Shown one piece after another: positions 37,140-48,499 of a stretch of DNA of 64,000 nt. A program made the translations under genes and the position numbers. This DNA is from Macrostomum lignano. Taxonomy: Eukaryota. Each line of letters starts with the position of its first letter. Within the stretch, counting starts at the first letter, position 1. A model generated the notes under the pieces. That model was not told the DNA's origin. It saw only the letters and a program-made list of their open reading frames with translations, and made no database searches. The stretch spans positions 1 through 64,000 of the forward strand of contig NIVC01003041.1 in the NCBI GenBank assembly GCA_002269645.1, written 5' to 3'.

Positions 37140-38372
37140 TCATGCGGACACAAGTGTCTGTGGCGCCACTGTGAAGCCGTTGATCACCCAGTTCTGGCAG
37201 TCGCCGAGGTACAGCACGCTCCTGGCCGTGTCGTAGGCCATGCCAGAGATTTTGCCGGCGCACGGCAGCTCCTTCACCGGCGACAGCGCGCCGAGCTCAG
37301 TGCGCAGGATGACCAGCCGGCTGCCCGGCTTGCTGCAGCTGTCCGCCGGCCTCTCGTGGCTCCGAGCCGCCAACAGCAGGAGGCCCGGCGACAGCAGCTG
37401 CAGGAAATTCGGTTGAGCCTCCACCGACAGCTGGCTGAGCAGGCTGAGGCCGTCGGCACTCAGGACGCAGATCTTGCGCGCGTCAGAGTCGCTGGCAAAG
37501 ACGCGCAAATCATCGCAGGTGACGTCCACCAGCAGCTGGAAACCCTGGCAGTCGGCGCCCGTGGGCCTGCAGTCGATCGTCCAGAAGCTGCTGAGGCGGG
37601 TGCCGTTGCCGCTGACCACAAAGAGGCGCCGGGATGCGACCTGCACGCAGCTGGCGGTCGGGCAGGGCAGCTCCGAGATGATGCTTGACACGGTGCCAGT
37701 CAGGTCCGCCAGCACCACCTGGTGCCGCATGAAGTCAGACAGCACCAGCCGGTTGCTGCCGCGGTCGAAGCTGGCCCTGTAGATGTTGAAAAACTGGTCG
37801 TCGGGCCAGGAAAGCCGCCAGCAGCTCACCAGGAGGCGCCCGTCGAGTGCGAACAGGCGGGCTTCGTCCAGGTCGTCGCCGACGCAGAACAGCAGGTCCG
37901 ACGGCAAAGCCGGCAGGTTCGGCGCCTCCTCCAGGGGGCTCCAGCGGACGATGCGCTTCCTGGCCGAGTCGTAGAACAGCTTGGCGTCGCGGTGCTGCAC
38001 CAGCACCAGGTCCCACGGCTCGCCCTGGCAGTGGATCTGGTTGGCCAGGCTGCCCGGCCACTCCAGAGGCGCCGCGGTCTCGGTCTCGTGGCGCAGAATC
38101 TCCGAGCGAGCCCGCACGGCCTCCATCACGAGATCCTCCATGGCGGTGTTTCGCTTCGCCGAAGTTGGAGCGACGCTGCAGGTTGTGCGGCACAGCGGGC
38201 ACTTGAACCGGCCCTCGCCCTGCGAGTACAGCGCTGTGTAGCAGTCGCTGCAGAGCGTGTGGCAGCAGGGCAGCACCAGCTTGGGGTGCGCGTACATGCA
38301 GAGGCAGATGGGACACGTGACTTTCTCTTCGAGCTCGTCTGCGTGGCTCTGCAGCTCAGGCAGCCGGTCCAT
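37140..38372 (-). CDS. Intronless RING-finger (C3HC4) protein, TRIM/NHL-like C-terminal beta-propeller-like region (410 aa)
   Basis: CPICLCMYAHPKLVLPCCHTLCSDC...FKCPLCR...RNTAMEDLV is a TRIM-type RING. The C-terminal half has short beta-strand repeats (NRLVLSDFMRHQVV, LFVVS, LRVFASDSDARKICV, ISGMAYD..LYLGDC). No B-box seen. Confidence 0.85.
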   Translation of the reverse strand: MDRLPELQSHADELEEKVTCPICLCMYAHPKLVLPCCHTLCSDCYTALYSQGEGRFKCPLCRTTCSVAPTSAKRNTAMEDLVMEAVRARSEILRHETETAAPLEWPGSLANQIHCQGEPWDLVLVQHRDAKLFYDSARKRIVRWSPLEEAPNLPALPSDLLFCVGDDLDEARLFALDGRLLVSCWRLSWPDDQFFNIYRASFDRGSNRLVLSDFMRHQVVLADLTGTVSSIISELPCPTASCVQVASRRLFVVSGNGTRLSSFWTIDCRPTGADCQGFQLLVDVTCDDLRVFASDSDARKICVLSADGLSLLSQLSVEAQPNFLQLLSPGLLLLAARSHERPADSCSKPGSRLVILRTELGALSPVKELPCAGKISGMAYDTARSVLYLGDCQNWVINGFTVAPQTLVSA

Positions 38373-38964
38373 GGTAGATTGCTGACAGCCTCTGAGCCCA
38401 ATACTGTGTGATTGTATCTGTCCCAGCTGAGTTTCTGTGGCAATGCAGGCAGTTCAAATGTTATCACTAATGATGCCGTTTATACATGTAGCAAAGGACT
38501 GGAACATGCAGGAGCGGCTGAGCTTCCTGTGCGAGCGCTCAGTCTCTCTCCCCAGGTGCAGCGGGACTGGCATCTGTTTGACTTTTGATTCTAAAAGTGA
38601 AGCAGCTTCGCTCTGTTAAGCCTGCATGGATCAGCTATTTGCGGCCCTGACTGGCACCCGCCTCCATACTGTGCTGCGCTTCTGCCCGCCCCCAGCCAGC
38701 TGCCTGCATCGCGCGCCATCTGCTGTGTGTGGCCTTGCAGCCGAGTTTCGGTGACAAATATTTGCTGAAATTCATGCAGTGACTTTGAAGGAGTGAAAAT
38801 TATTGCTCATATTTGCTTATGCCGGGCAGGTACAAAGGAAAGCAACTCAAAGGAGCTTATAAAAGCAGATGGAGAGGCCAGCAGCCGAGAGCAGGGCTCA
38901 GTCCTGACTTTGAGCAACCTGGGCGAATCGATCAAACTTCGCCTTTCCGAAGCCTCATCAAGCG

Positions 38965-41900
38965 ATGCAGCGGGCCGCTGCTTCTCCCGAAGAGGCGGCG
39001 GGTCTGCGGAACCAGCAGCTGCTGCTCACCAAGCAGCTGAGAGACCGGCAATCGGAGATCAACCAGCTGAAGAAGTCGCTGAGAAAAACTCGAGACAAGG
39101 GTAAGTTTGCTGGATTTCTGCCCCTGCTTGCTGCTCAGCCTGTGAACTCGCGCAACTCGGAGCTTCCGTTTCAGTTGAGCACGCGGAGTCCATCGCTGCC
39201 GCCAGCGCCCAGCTCAAGGATCGAATCAAGGAGCTCGAGTGAGTCCCTGTTTGTGCGATGTTGTTGTGGCTGGCATGATAAACATGATTAGTCACTGCAG
39301 CTGGCATGATAAACATGATTAGTCACTGCAGCTGGCATGATAAACATGATTAGTCACTGCAGCTGGCATGATAAACATGATTAGTCACTGCAGCTGGCAT
39401 GATAAACATGATTAGTTACTGCAGCTGGCATGATAAACATGATTAGTTGCACTGCTGCTTGCCCTGCTCAGGTGATGGGGCTGTCCAGACAGAGGCAATA
39501 ATATTGAATGTAACGAATGAGGCCCGCTTAGCTGGATCTGCAATTAATTAGGGGTCTCAGACCTCTCAGTACTTTGACTGGCCCGCTTCAAGAAATTTTC
39601 TTCCTCAGACTCCCCGCTGAGTTGCTAGGGCGGGCAGAAACCCGGAAGTTTTCTCCCCTCACTTCAACTCAGTTTTACCAGGCCTTGCATTTGAGTTCTC
39701 CAGCCTCAAGAGATGGGGCTGACAAAGGCGCTTCCTGAGAGCTGAGGGCTTAAAATGACGTCCTGGCTTTGAATTGCAGGCTTCAGGTGCGCGAGGGAGC
39801 GGCAGAGGGCGGCAGACTGCAAGCTGAGCTGCTCAGAACCAGCGACCACCTGCAGGTACCGTTGCTATGCTGGGCCTGGTAGAGCCGTTCGTGCACCTGG
39901 AGTGGCGCCGAGTCAAAGAACTTGTCGAACCATTGCAGCGCGCCAAGGACACCATAGCGGACCTGCGCGGCCAGAATGAGAACCTGAAGGAGCAGGTCAG
40001 AGTGGAGGTCGAGCGGCGGGCGAAGCTCGAGGCCGAGCTGCAGGACTGCGAGAAGGCGTGCAACGAGAACCGGGCCCTCCGCGAGGAGCTCGCCGAGCTC
40101 CGCCGGGCTGCCGACGACGCTGACCGGCTGGTGCGGTCGAGTCGGCGCCTGCAGCGACAGCAGGCGGATCAGCTGCTGGCGGTGAAGGCTGAGAATGCTC
40201 GGCTGCTCAAGGCGAATGAGGCGATCGCCTCTCTGGAGGAGGAGGTGGAGGCGCTGCGGACTCTCGTCTGCGACAAGGACGCAGCCATGCAGCGTCAGGT
40301 CAGAACCATGGAGGCGCTCAAGGAGCTCATCCAGCGGCTGCGCCAGGTCCATCCCGGGGTGAACGAAAGCATCGACGAGTTTTTCCGGGCGTCGACAAGC
40401 GAGGAGGACGACTGGGTGGAGGAGGCCGAGGACTTTGAGCGCAGGCGACTGCTCTACTCGCGGCCGAAAAGCGGCGCCGTTCGAATGGCAAGCCGAAGCT
40501 CGCCGACTCGGCAGCCAAGGGTGCGTTGACTGCTGGGCTAATTGTTGCTCCTGGGTGGTTGACTACTGGGCTAATTGTTGCTCCTGGGTGGTTGACTGCT
40601 GGGCTAATTGTTGCTCCTGGGTGGTTGACTGCTGGGCTAATTGTTGCTCCTGGGTGGTTGACTGCTGGGCTAATTGTTGCTCCTGGGTGGTTGACTGCTG
40701 GGCTAATTGTTGCTCCTGGGTGGTTGACTACTGGGCTAATTGTTGCTCAGGGGTGGTTGACTGCTGGGCTAATTGTTGCTCCTGGGTGGTTTCTGTTGCA
40801 AAATTAAGACGACAATTAACTCGCCAGTAGCTCCGCCCTGGTTCGTTGGCTCTGACTTGATCGTCCTTGGGTTGTGCATCTCGAGGTCCCAATTTCCACA
40901 CGGACTCCCACAAAAATTTGGCATCGAACAAAGGGGCTCGAGAGTCGTATCGATCATGTTTCTTTGATTAGACCAGAATTTTCCTGCTCCTCAAAGTTCC
41001 TGCCAACCTCCCATCCCGGATCCCGATGCCCAGAGCGTGTCGGTGACGTCAAACCGCAGCGCGGATTGGGACCGCCAGCCCAGCCAGGCTGCGTCGCGAG
41101 CCTCCGCCAGGGCCGAGACGGCCGTCAGGGCTGGCAGCTGCGAGCCGGCAAGGTCGGCCTCGTCGCTGGCGGGTCCGCCGGCCACAGCGTTGGGCAAGAA
41201 GCGACTGGACGCGGTGGCCTCGCTGTACGTGCAGCTTGGCAGCCGGGTGACTGTGGAGGTCCATGGTGAGCTCAGCTCAGGCTGCTCTAGAGATTTAAGG
41301 ATGTCTTGAATTTCTAATCGGTTGCTTTTGTGGCATTTTCCACCGGCAAATGCAGTTGCAAAGAATTAAAATCTGAATTTTAAGGTTTTAATGCAAATAA
41401 CACGTTGTCAACACAAGACCAATGTAGCACATACATAACAGGAGGTAAAACTCAAAAAGATTGTGTCATTTTGGAGGCCAAATTCCTGGATTATATAGTT
41501 GTGCAATGAATTGCTCATTTGCTTGCTGTTTTCTTCGATTTTATGAGCCCAAAGTTGTAACTACATGTACTCACAAGTGGCATTTCCTGAACTTTTTGTT
41601 TCGTTTTTTTCTGTGGCCTCCGAAAAAATTACGCACTATCTTTGAGCTTTACGTCCGGTTATCCTACAGTGGTCCTTGAATCAACAGACCCGTTGAGCCA
41701 TGGTGGGAGTTAGAAAATTTCGGGGAGGCATGATGCATTTTGGCACCTGACTGACTTGTTTTTAGGCAAAACTGAGACTGGCCGTTCAGGCGGGGTCAGG
41801 CCCGAACCCGCCGATACGTGGACTGCCTGCTGTGCGACGCTGGGGCGCCCAACACTGCCAACGGAGCGGACTTTGTTCGCTACCAGGCTCTGCGGCGTGC

Positions 41901-42367
41901 CATCTGACGTGCCCTGCTTTAACTGTGACTGTGCATGCGGGGTCGCGTATTTTGTTGTTGCTGTTGTTGAGACTGGCACGGTGAAGTACGTGGGTCTGGC
42001 ATGACGCACCTGACTGACCTGTTTTAGGCAAAACTGAGACTGGCACTGTGAAGTACGTGGGTCTGGCGCACCCGGCCGAGAGGGACAAGGTGTTCGTGGG
42101 GATCCGCTTGCAGTCCCAGGCTGGCAACTCCGACGGCACCTTCAGGGGAGTCAGGTACTTCACCGTGCCCAGCAAAACGGGCCTGTTCGTCCGCGCTCAC
42201 AAGATACTGAGCGTCTTCAACTCCAGGGTAAGTCATTGACCGCACCATCTTACTAGCACGAGTAGCATGCGCTGATCCAGCAATCGCTCATTTCTGTTGC
42301 TTTGCAGAAGAACTGCCAGGTCAGCATGGCCGAATGCGTGAAGACTTACTTGAAACTGCATCAGTAG
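38965..42367 (+). CDS. Coiled-coil protein with C-terminal CAP-Gly domain; exons 38965-39100, 39175-39238, 39780-40520 (internal frame break near 39856-39902), 40977-41265, 42028-42227, 42308-42367
   Basis: CAP-Gly: LGSRVTVEVH-G|KTETGTVKYVGLAHPAERDKVFVGIRLQSQAGNSDGTFRGVRYFTVPSKTGLFVR. Heptad-rich N-terminal exons; junction phases are consistent. The start, the break at 39856 (short intron or 1-nt indel) and the last exon are tentative. Confidence 0.75.
39270..39450. repeat. 31-bp minisatellite (GCTGGCATGATAAACATGATTAGTCACTGCA)
   Basis: About 5.5 copies just after donor 39239. Confidence 0.93.
40526..40790. repeat. 33-bp minisatellite (TTGACTGCTGGGCTAATTGTTGCTCCTGGGTGG)
   Basis: About 8 copies starting 5 nt after donor 40521. 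Confidence 0.93.
41783..41968 (+). mobile_element. 5'-truncated non-LTR retrotransposon (RTE-like 3' end)
   Basis: 9-bp TSD GAGACTGGC (41774-41782, 41969-41977), (GTT)n tail, and FRRGQARTRRYVDCLLCDAG...RRAI*, resembling the RG(R/Q)xxxxYxDxLxxDxG end of RTE-type ORF2. Confidence 0.7.
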
Positions 42368-43556
42368 CTGCCAATGACCCGAGCTCGCGCCTGTTGCTAT
42401 GCTAAATTTTGACGCAACTCTCTGTCCATAAAATACATTCAGCAGCAGAAAATGCGCCGCGATAAAAATTTGAAACTCTTCCGGACTGTCTGAGTCGATC
42501 CTGGTCTCTGAGTGCATAAAGTTGGAGGAGATGCCAGCGTCATTTAGCCTGCTTCCCAAGGGATGTCAGGAAGAAAAGGGGAATAAAATTGGGATTTCAG
42601 CCTGAATGAAAGCCGGGAAATAAGATGACAGATGTCTTTCACGGTTACCCCCCCCCCAACCCACAAGTACACACAAAAACTTTTGGTCTAGTCTTTCCAA
42701 TTGAAAGACAGACAGAGTCAGGCTTGAACTCATGACTTGAGCTTGAGCTGTCACCACGGCCTGACTTTCTGAGCTGTGCGCCATTCCGCAGCACAGGCGT
42801 GAGTGAGTCTTAGTCCCCCCACCCACCGTGCATGACTGGCATCCCTGCAGAGGGCTGCTTTTGTTCCTGCAGAGCGATATGATGGGACCTCCCACCAAGC
42901 CAGACAAAGCCTGGGAGACCCATCCTATCCCACTCCCATCTCAGCAGGGCGCAAAGTAGCTGCTATCAACTGGTTGGCAGCCGGGAGGAGGGAGCGCACG
43001 GGTACTCAGGCCCATGCCCACCCGCGGGCTGCTGATTCAAGAGCTCAGCCAACAATCGCCGCACCCGCGGGCTGGCCAAAAACTCTTCTCGGAGTCTTCC
43101 CTACCCCCCCCCCCTACTTCGAGTTGCCATGGCAACGTGCGGCCAGCCGACAGCAGCCGGTGGGGGTTGGCAGAGAGGAGCCGGCAGCCACAGCTGCTGT
43201 GTTTCTAAGCGTTTTGCTGGCTCAGCAAGAAACAAAATTGGAAGAAGACGACTGGGGGTGAAAGAAGGCCGGCCCGCTTTAAAAAACAGACGACGCGCGG
43301 GTGGGCAGGAAGGCCTGCGGACAGCCAGACCGGGACGGAGAGGCCTGAAAGCAGGAGCTGGGGTGGCGCTTAGGCAGAACTAGGAGACAATAAGGAAAAC
43401 AAGGAGGCCCGGAGCAGAGAAGAAGCGCCCACCCATCAATTGGTCGCCGCGGCCCATCCTCTCACTGCAATTTCCCCAGACAGAAGTGAGCCGCTCTGCA
43501 TAGAAAGTCATAAAAAGCGAAGCCCAAAGGCGAGAGCCGGCCTCCCCCTCCAACAC

Positions 43557-44423
43557 ATGGCCGCTAGCGGCAGTGGTCAGCGGACCTTCGGCAAGGCTAA
43601 CGGCGCCTCCAGTGGCAGCAGAAACCTGCGTGTACCGCACCTGAGCGTCCACGCCTCATCCGCGTCAAGCATGCGGGGCCAGCGCATCAGCAGCGGCAGC
43701 GGCGCCAACGCCCTCGTGAGCTTCGCACCGCACGGCTACTCGCCCAGCCCGAGCCAGGCCTCGGAGCTGCTGGACCTGCAGCGGGGCAACTCCTGGGCCC
43801 CCGGAGGTGAGCAGTCGAGGGCTGCCACCGCGCCCGCCGCGGACGGGACCAGCGTGTTTCGCTCCCGAGTCAGCGTCAACTTCCGGCAAGCACTGGCGGA
43901 GGCCAAAGAGCGCACGGCGTCGCGTCGACTGACAGCGCAACAGGTGCGCGAGCAGCGGCGGTCCAACAACCAGGCGGAGTCGGTCAGCCGGCTGGACGCG
44001 GACACGCTGGTTGAGGAAGAAGACGCCGACATTGAAGCGGATGAAGTGTTCAACGAAGCGGCCGAGGTGGCGGAACTGGCACCACCACCGGACCCGGGAT
44101 CCGTTAGCGACCCGCGGCGGCGACGGGCGCTCCAGCGATGGGGCCTCATGCGCGACGTCATTGAGGAGATTCACAGGGAGCGGCACGCCAAGAAGACCGA
44201 GGGCTGGAGCATGTTTTTCAAGCACGTGCGGGCGATGAGCGAGGCAGAGAAAACCCGACAGGACCTCTATGAGCGTTATAACATCTTCGGCGATGGCAAA
44301 TCCGACTTCATGACCAACCTGCCGGTTATACCGGACGAGCTGTTGCTGGCTGCTGGCATTCCTTTGCCCTCGAGCCGCTCCAAGCGACAGACTCGGATTG
44401 TCAAGCGGCCGCTAAAGCGATGA
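43557..44423 (+). CDS. Hypothetical protein (288 aa), copy 1; low-complexity N-terminus, helical C-terminal block (RRALQRWGLMRDVIEEIHRERHAKKTEGWSMFFKHVRAMSEAEKTRQDLYERY)
   Basis: Long GC-rich ORF with coding-like codon usage, followed by an AT-rich 3' region with AATAAA (~44580). Family not recognised; upstream exons are possible. Confidence 0.65.
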   Translation: MAASGSGQRTFGKANGASSGSRNLRVPHLSVHASSASSMRGQRISSGSGANALVSFAPHGYSPSPSQASELLDLQRGNSWAPGGEQSRAATAPAADGTSVFRSRVSVNFRQALAEAKERTASRRLTAQQVREQRRSNNQAESVSRLDADTLVEEEDADIEADEVFNEAAEVAELAPPPDPGSVSDPRRRRALQRWGLMRDVIEEIHRERHAKKTEGWSMFFKHVRAMSEAEKTRQDLYERYNIFGDGKSDFMTNLPVIPDELLLAAGIPLPSSRSKRQTRIVKRPLKR

Positions 44424-45184
44424 CGCGGTGATCAAGCGATCGAGTTGTTTTTCGACGCGAGTTCTTTAGCGGGAAACTCTAGTGCATTAATTCTTGGACT
44501 TGAAATGGATGAAACTATTTTGCTTATTTTGTTCTGTACACGGAATGGAATAGAGTTCCATTTCTTCGTGATTCGTAAAAATAAATAAATATACATACAT
44601 AAATCAAATTTCGTTGGAAGAAAACTTTATTCCAAAAGCGATTAAAAGAAAAGCCTTCAGAAAATACAATAGAATAACGTACATGCATAAGGCTTGTATA
44701 GTTTTTGATAATCTAATGGTTTGATCGATGATTATCCGTCCTAAATCAATTGCTTAATATTAAAAATTACTGCACATGCATTTCCGAATTTTTTTATTAA
44801 ACGAACTTATTTTTTGTTTTATTAATTTTTTTTATACATATTGTTAGCTTTTAAATTATATTTGGCATTCTGTAAAAATTATATTTACTAAACCTAGTAA
44901 AATGCTTTTTACTAAGTTTTAACTGAATATCATTGTTAAACTTTTACAAGTTCTATGAAAGTATTGCTTTTTGAAGTGTGCTGAATTAGCAATTTAATTC
45001 TGATTCTACGGTCTGAACTGAACTCAGCACTCAGGGGGTAAATTGTCGGTGCTTATTATTTTTAAGGTTAGGGCCTAGGCATGTGCCATGTCTGAAGTGC
45101 TTTTAAAGGGCACTCAGACTAGCTAATATTCTTGTAGGTTAGTAGGCAATCTTTTACTTTACTGCGTTTAATTATTTTTCGCCG

Positions 45185-45432
45185 AAAAATATCGTGGCTT
45201 GCAGAACCACGATGTCGTGAATCATCGACTCCATTTTGCCCACCCTAACGACCCATCGATCCACACAAACACCATTGAGGGGTCGTGGGCCCATGTCAAG
45301 GCAAAGTTCCGGGCGATGCATGGCACTTCCGAAGCTCTGTTTGAAAGCCATCTCAGCGAGTATCTCTGGCGCCGGCTCTTTCCTAGAAAGGAGTTTGGCA
45401 ACTTCCTGTACTGGTTGGCTCATTATTACTGA
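45185..45432 (+). mobile_element. Merlin (IS1595/ISXO2-like) DDE transposase C-terminal fragment
   Basis: YRGLQNHDVVNHRLHF..PNDPSIHTNTIEGSWAHVK....HGTS..LFESHLSEYLWRR matches the HxxVNH..HTNxIExxW..K..YLxEFxWR pattern of IS1595-type transposases. Confidence 0.82.
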
Positions 45433-46129
45433 CTAATTGACTTACCTGAGAGTTAAAGACACTTACCTTTTATCCTCCTACCATCTTTATGTTCTGAAAT
45501 TTAAAAAGAACCATTAAAAAAATTAAACACAGTAAAGTAAAAGATTGCCGCCTAGGGCCTACTCAAAATTTAATTTATGCCAATCAGCCCTATTGTCTAG
45601 ACCTATGTCCTATATCTAAAATTAGTTAGTTTTGATAGGATCATAATTTTCTCTTTTTATTTTATGGTAGACAAATTATTAAAACTATAAATCTTTTTCT
45701 ATAGCTGTATAGGCAACTAGATATTTCTATCAATAAAAATGGTAGGGCTTACTATTATATTAAGAACAGGAAATTTTGGTTAAAAAGTTGGATTTTCATT
45801 AAAAAATTATAAATTAAGAAAACAAGACTATAAAAATGGTACTAGGCCTACCATACAATGGAAATTTTTATAGAATACAAGCTGTTGAAACCCGCGGATT
45901 TTGAACCCGGGGAATTCCAATCCCCGGAACTACTTTTGCATGTATTCTGAAATCTAAGGCCATTCACAAACAAATTAATGTTAGTAGGATAGAGCTGTAG
46001 ACATAAAATGGAGCACATTCGTGTAAAATTAGGGTTTGAGGCAAACGTTGATATTGTTTGCTGGGGTACTCCACAGAATGCCAGGCAATGTCTGTCTCTG
46101 ACTCTAAAACATGTATTGGCAAACTCTGG

Positions 46130-46814
46130 CCTCTCCCTGACTTTCCCTATGTCCCTTGGATCCTTTAAAATTTCTATCGTCTCTTCTGTTTCCTTTCTTC
46201 TCTCTCATCCCTCGTCTCTCGTCTCTCGTCTCTCTTCTCTTCTCGCGTATTTTCCCTCATCTCTCTTCTCTTTCATCTCTCTTATCTCATCTCTTCCCTA
46301 TTCTTTTCTCTCTCCTCTCTTCTCTCTTTCTACTTTTCGTTTTCTCTCTGCTCTCCTTTCTCCTCTCTACTCTTTCGTTTTCTCTCTCCTCTCCTCTCTC
46401 CTCTCCCATCTTCTTTCGTATATTCCCTCTCATCTTTCTTCTCTTTCATATCTCTTATCTCATCTCTTCCCTCTTCTTTTCTCTCTCCTCTCCCCTCTCC
46501 TCTCTCCCCCTCTTCTCTCGTCTCTTCCTTGTCCTCTCTATTCTTTTCTCTCTTCTCTTAACTCTCTCCTCTACTCTCTCATCTCTCCTCTCTATTCTTT
46601 CCTCTCTCTCTCCTCTCTCCCCTCTTCTCTCGTCTCTTCCCTCACATCTTTCCTCTCTCTCTTTCCTCTCATCTCTTTTCTTGTTTTATCTCTTCTCTCT
46701 CCCCTCGTCGCTCGTCTCTTCCTTCACCTCTCTTCTCTCTCGTCCGCTCTTTTATCTCTCCTTTCTCTTCTTTTATCTTTTCTCTCTTATCTCTTCTCGT
46801 TACTCTCTGCTCTG

Positions 46815-46876
<62 letters not shown>

Positions 46877-47650
46877 CCCCATCTCTCTCTCTCTCCTCCC
46901 CCATCTCTCTTCTCTCTACTCTCTCCCCTCTTCATTCTCCTATTTCCTCTTCTCTCTCCCTGTCTCTCCTCTCTCCTCTAGTCTCTGTAATCTCTTCTCT
47001 CTTATCTCTCCTCTGTTCTCTCTACTCTCCCATCTCTCGTCTGTTCATCTGCTCTCTCATCTGTCATCTTTACTCTCTTATACGTTCTCTCACTTATCTC
47101 CTCTGTACTCTTCTCTTTCACCTCTTCTGACTCCTCTCTTTCCTTACTCCTTTCTTCTTTTCTCTTCCCTCTTCTCTATACTCTCTCTCCTCTATTATCT
47201 TCTCTCGTCTCTCTGCACTCTCCTTTCACCTTTTTCTCTCATCTCTTCTTTGATCTGTCTCATCTCTACAATCTCATCTCTTTCCTCTCTCCTCCTCTTC
47301 CCTTTACTCTCTCATCTCTCCTTTCTCCCCTCTTCTTTCACCACTCTCTTATCTCTATCTCTTCTCTTCTCACTCCTCTCTCCCCTCTTATCTCCTCTCT
47401 TCTCTATCCTTTCTACTCTCTCCTCTCTAATCTCTTCTCTCCTCTTGACCCTCTGTCATCTTCTTTCTGCTCTCTCATCTCTACTCTCTTCTCAATCTTC
47501 TCTACTCTCCTCTCTCATCGATCCTCTGTCTCATCTCTCCCCTCTTCTCACCTTTACTCTTTCCTCTCCTTCCTTTCTCCCCTCCTCTCGCTTCTTCCTC
47601 CCTTCTTCTCTGCTCTCTCCTCGCCACTTTTCCTTTTCACTCTCATCTGG
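46130..47650. repeat. CT-rich low-complexity tract with a (CT)n core
   Basis: Almost pure pyrimidines on the + strand; source of the spurious Ser/Leu ORFs. Confidence 0.95.
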
Positions 47651-48499
47651 CCCGCAGCCATGAGCTGGATTCTTTATCTGGCCTTTGAGATAAAAATCTG
47701 CCAATCCCTGCTTCGAAAGTACTATCATGGTTGTTATCATTTCTTATGCTTTAATCACGTCATTTTTCTGGCCAATTAGCAGCCCTGAGAGGAATTTGTG
47801 TATCTCCATTCTCCAGCTCCACCACCACAGTCTGCAGCAGTCTAACAACCAAGGAAATACGCATTTCTTAGGAGGCCATTTAAATTTTAAAGTTACCTTA
47901 TGCGAATCTTAATGTTAAAATTTTCATGGTGTAACTAATTTAGTAGGATTGCATTGTAATCAGTTATTCATTAATTTTTCGCTATTTTTATAAACCATCC
48001 CACATCGCCTTGATTTGCCATCCTTGTTTAACTGCTGCGACTTGTCTATACAGAGGAAAGTAGTTTGAATCTCTCGCTAAACTCTCTCCTCTCCACGCCT
48101 CTCCACTCGCGGGGGTACAGAGACGGCAATTAAAAAGTTATTCCAAAATACTGTACATTCGCTATGTACATTGAGCCCTATTGCCTGACCCTTCGTCTGG
48201 GCTGGGGAATGAGTGAGTGAGTGGCACAAACAACAGAAAAAGCAGACAAACTTCACATGCTTACAGTTTCTGTTCTGATTGAGTTAGAGAGTTGAAACTT
48301 TACATTTAGACAGAGAATGAATCAAAGAAGAATTGTGTTAAGTTAGAAGTCAATCGCTTCACGTGGAGCAAACTTATGGCAGCCGAAAGTTAGTCATTTT
48401 AAAACCTATTTACACCCTTTGCCCAGATCGGGAAAGAGGCAGGCGGGCGGAAGTTGGGATGGCTGTCTCACTGAAAAAAACAGCCAAACTTTAAAAGTG

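Noticed and set aside
36688-37263. Collagen-like (GPE)n ORF and the (SRR)n, (DLR)n and (GTF)n ORFs
   Set aside because: All are translations of one 9-bp array that is open in every frame. There is no signal peptide or separate gene structure, and it overlaps the RING gene end.
15268-44423. Functional ciliary/centriolar gene cluster (WDR90, EF-hand, CAP-Gly)
   Set aside because: Only WDR90 has an established centriolar role. The genes are interspersed with unrelated ones and there is no evidence of co-regulation in the sequence.
46008-47663. 551-aa Ser/Leu/Phe-rich ORF (and copies at 59589-61245, 12311-12868)
   Set aside because: Pyrimidine-only low-complexity DNA lacks stop codons; no domain content.
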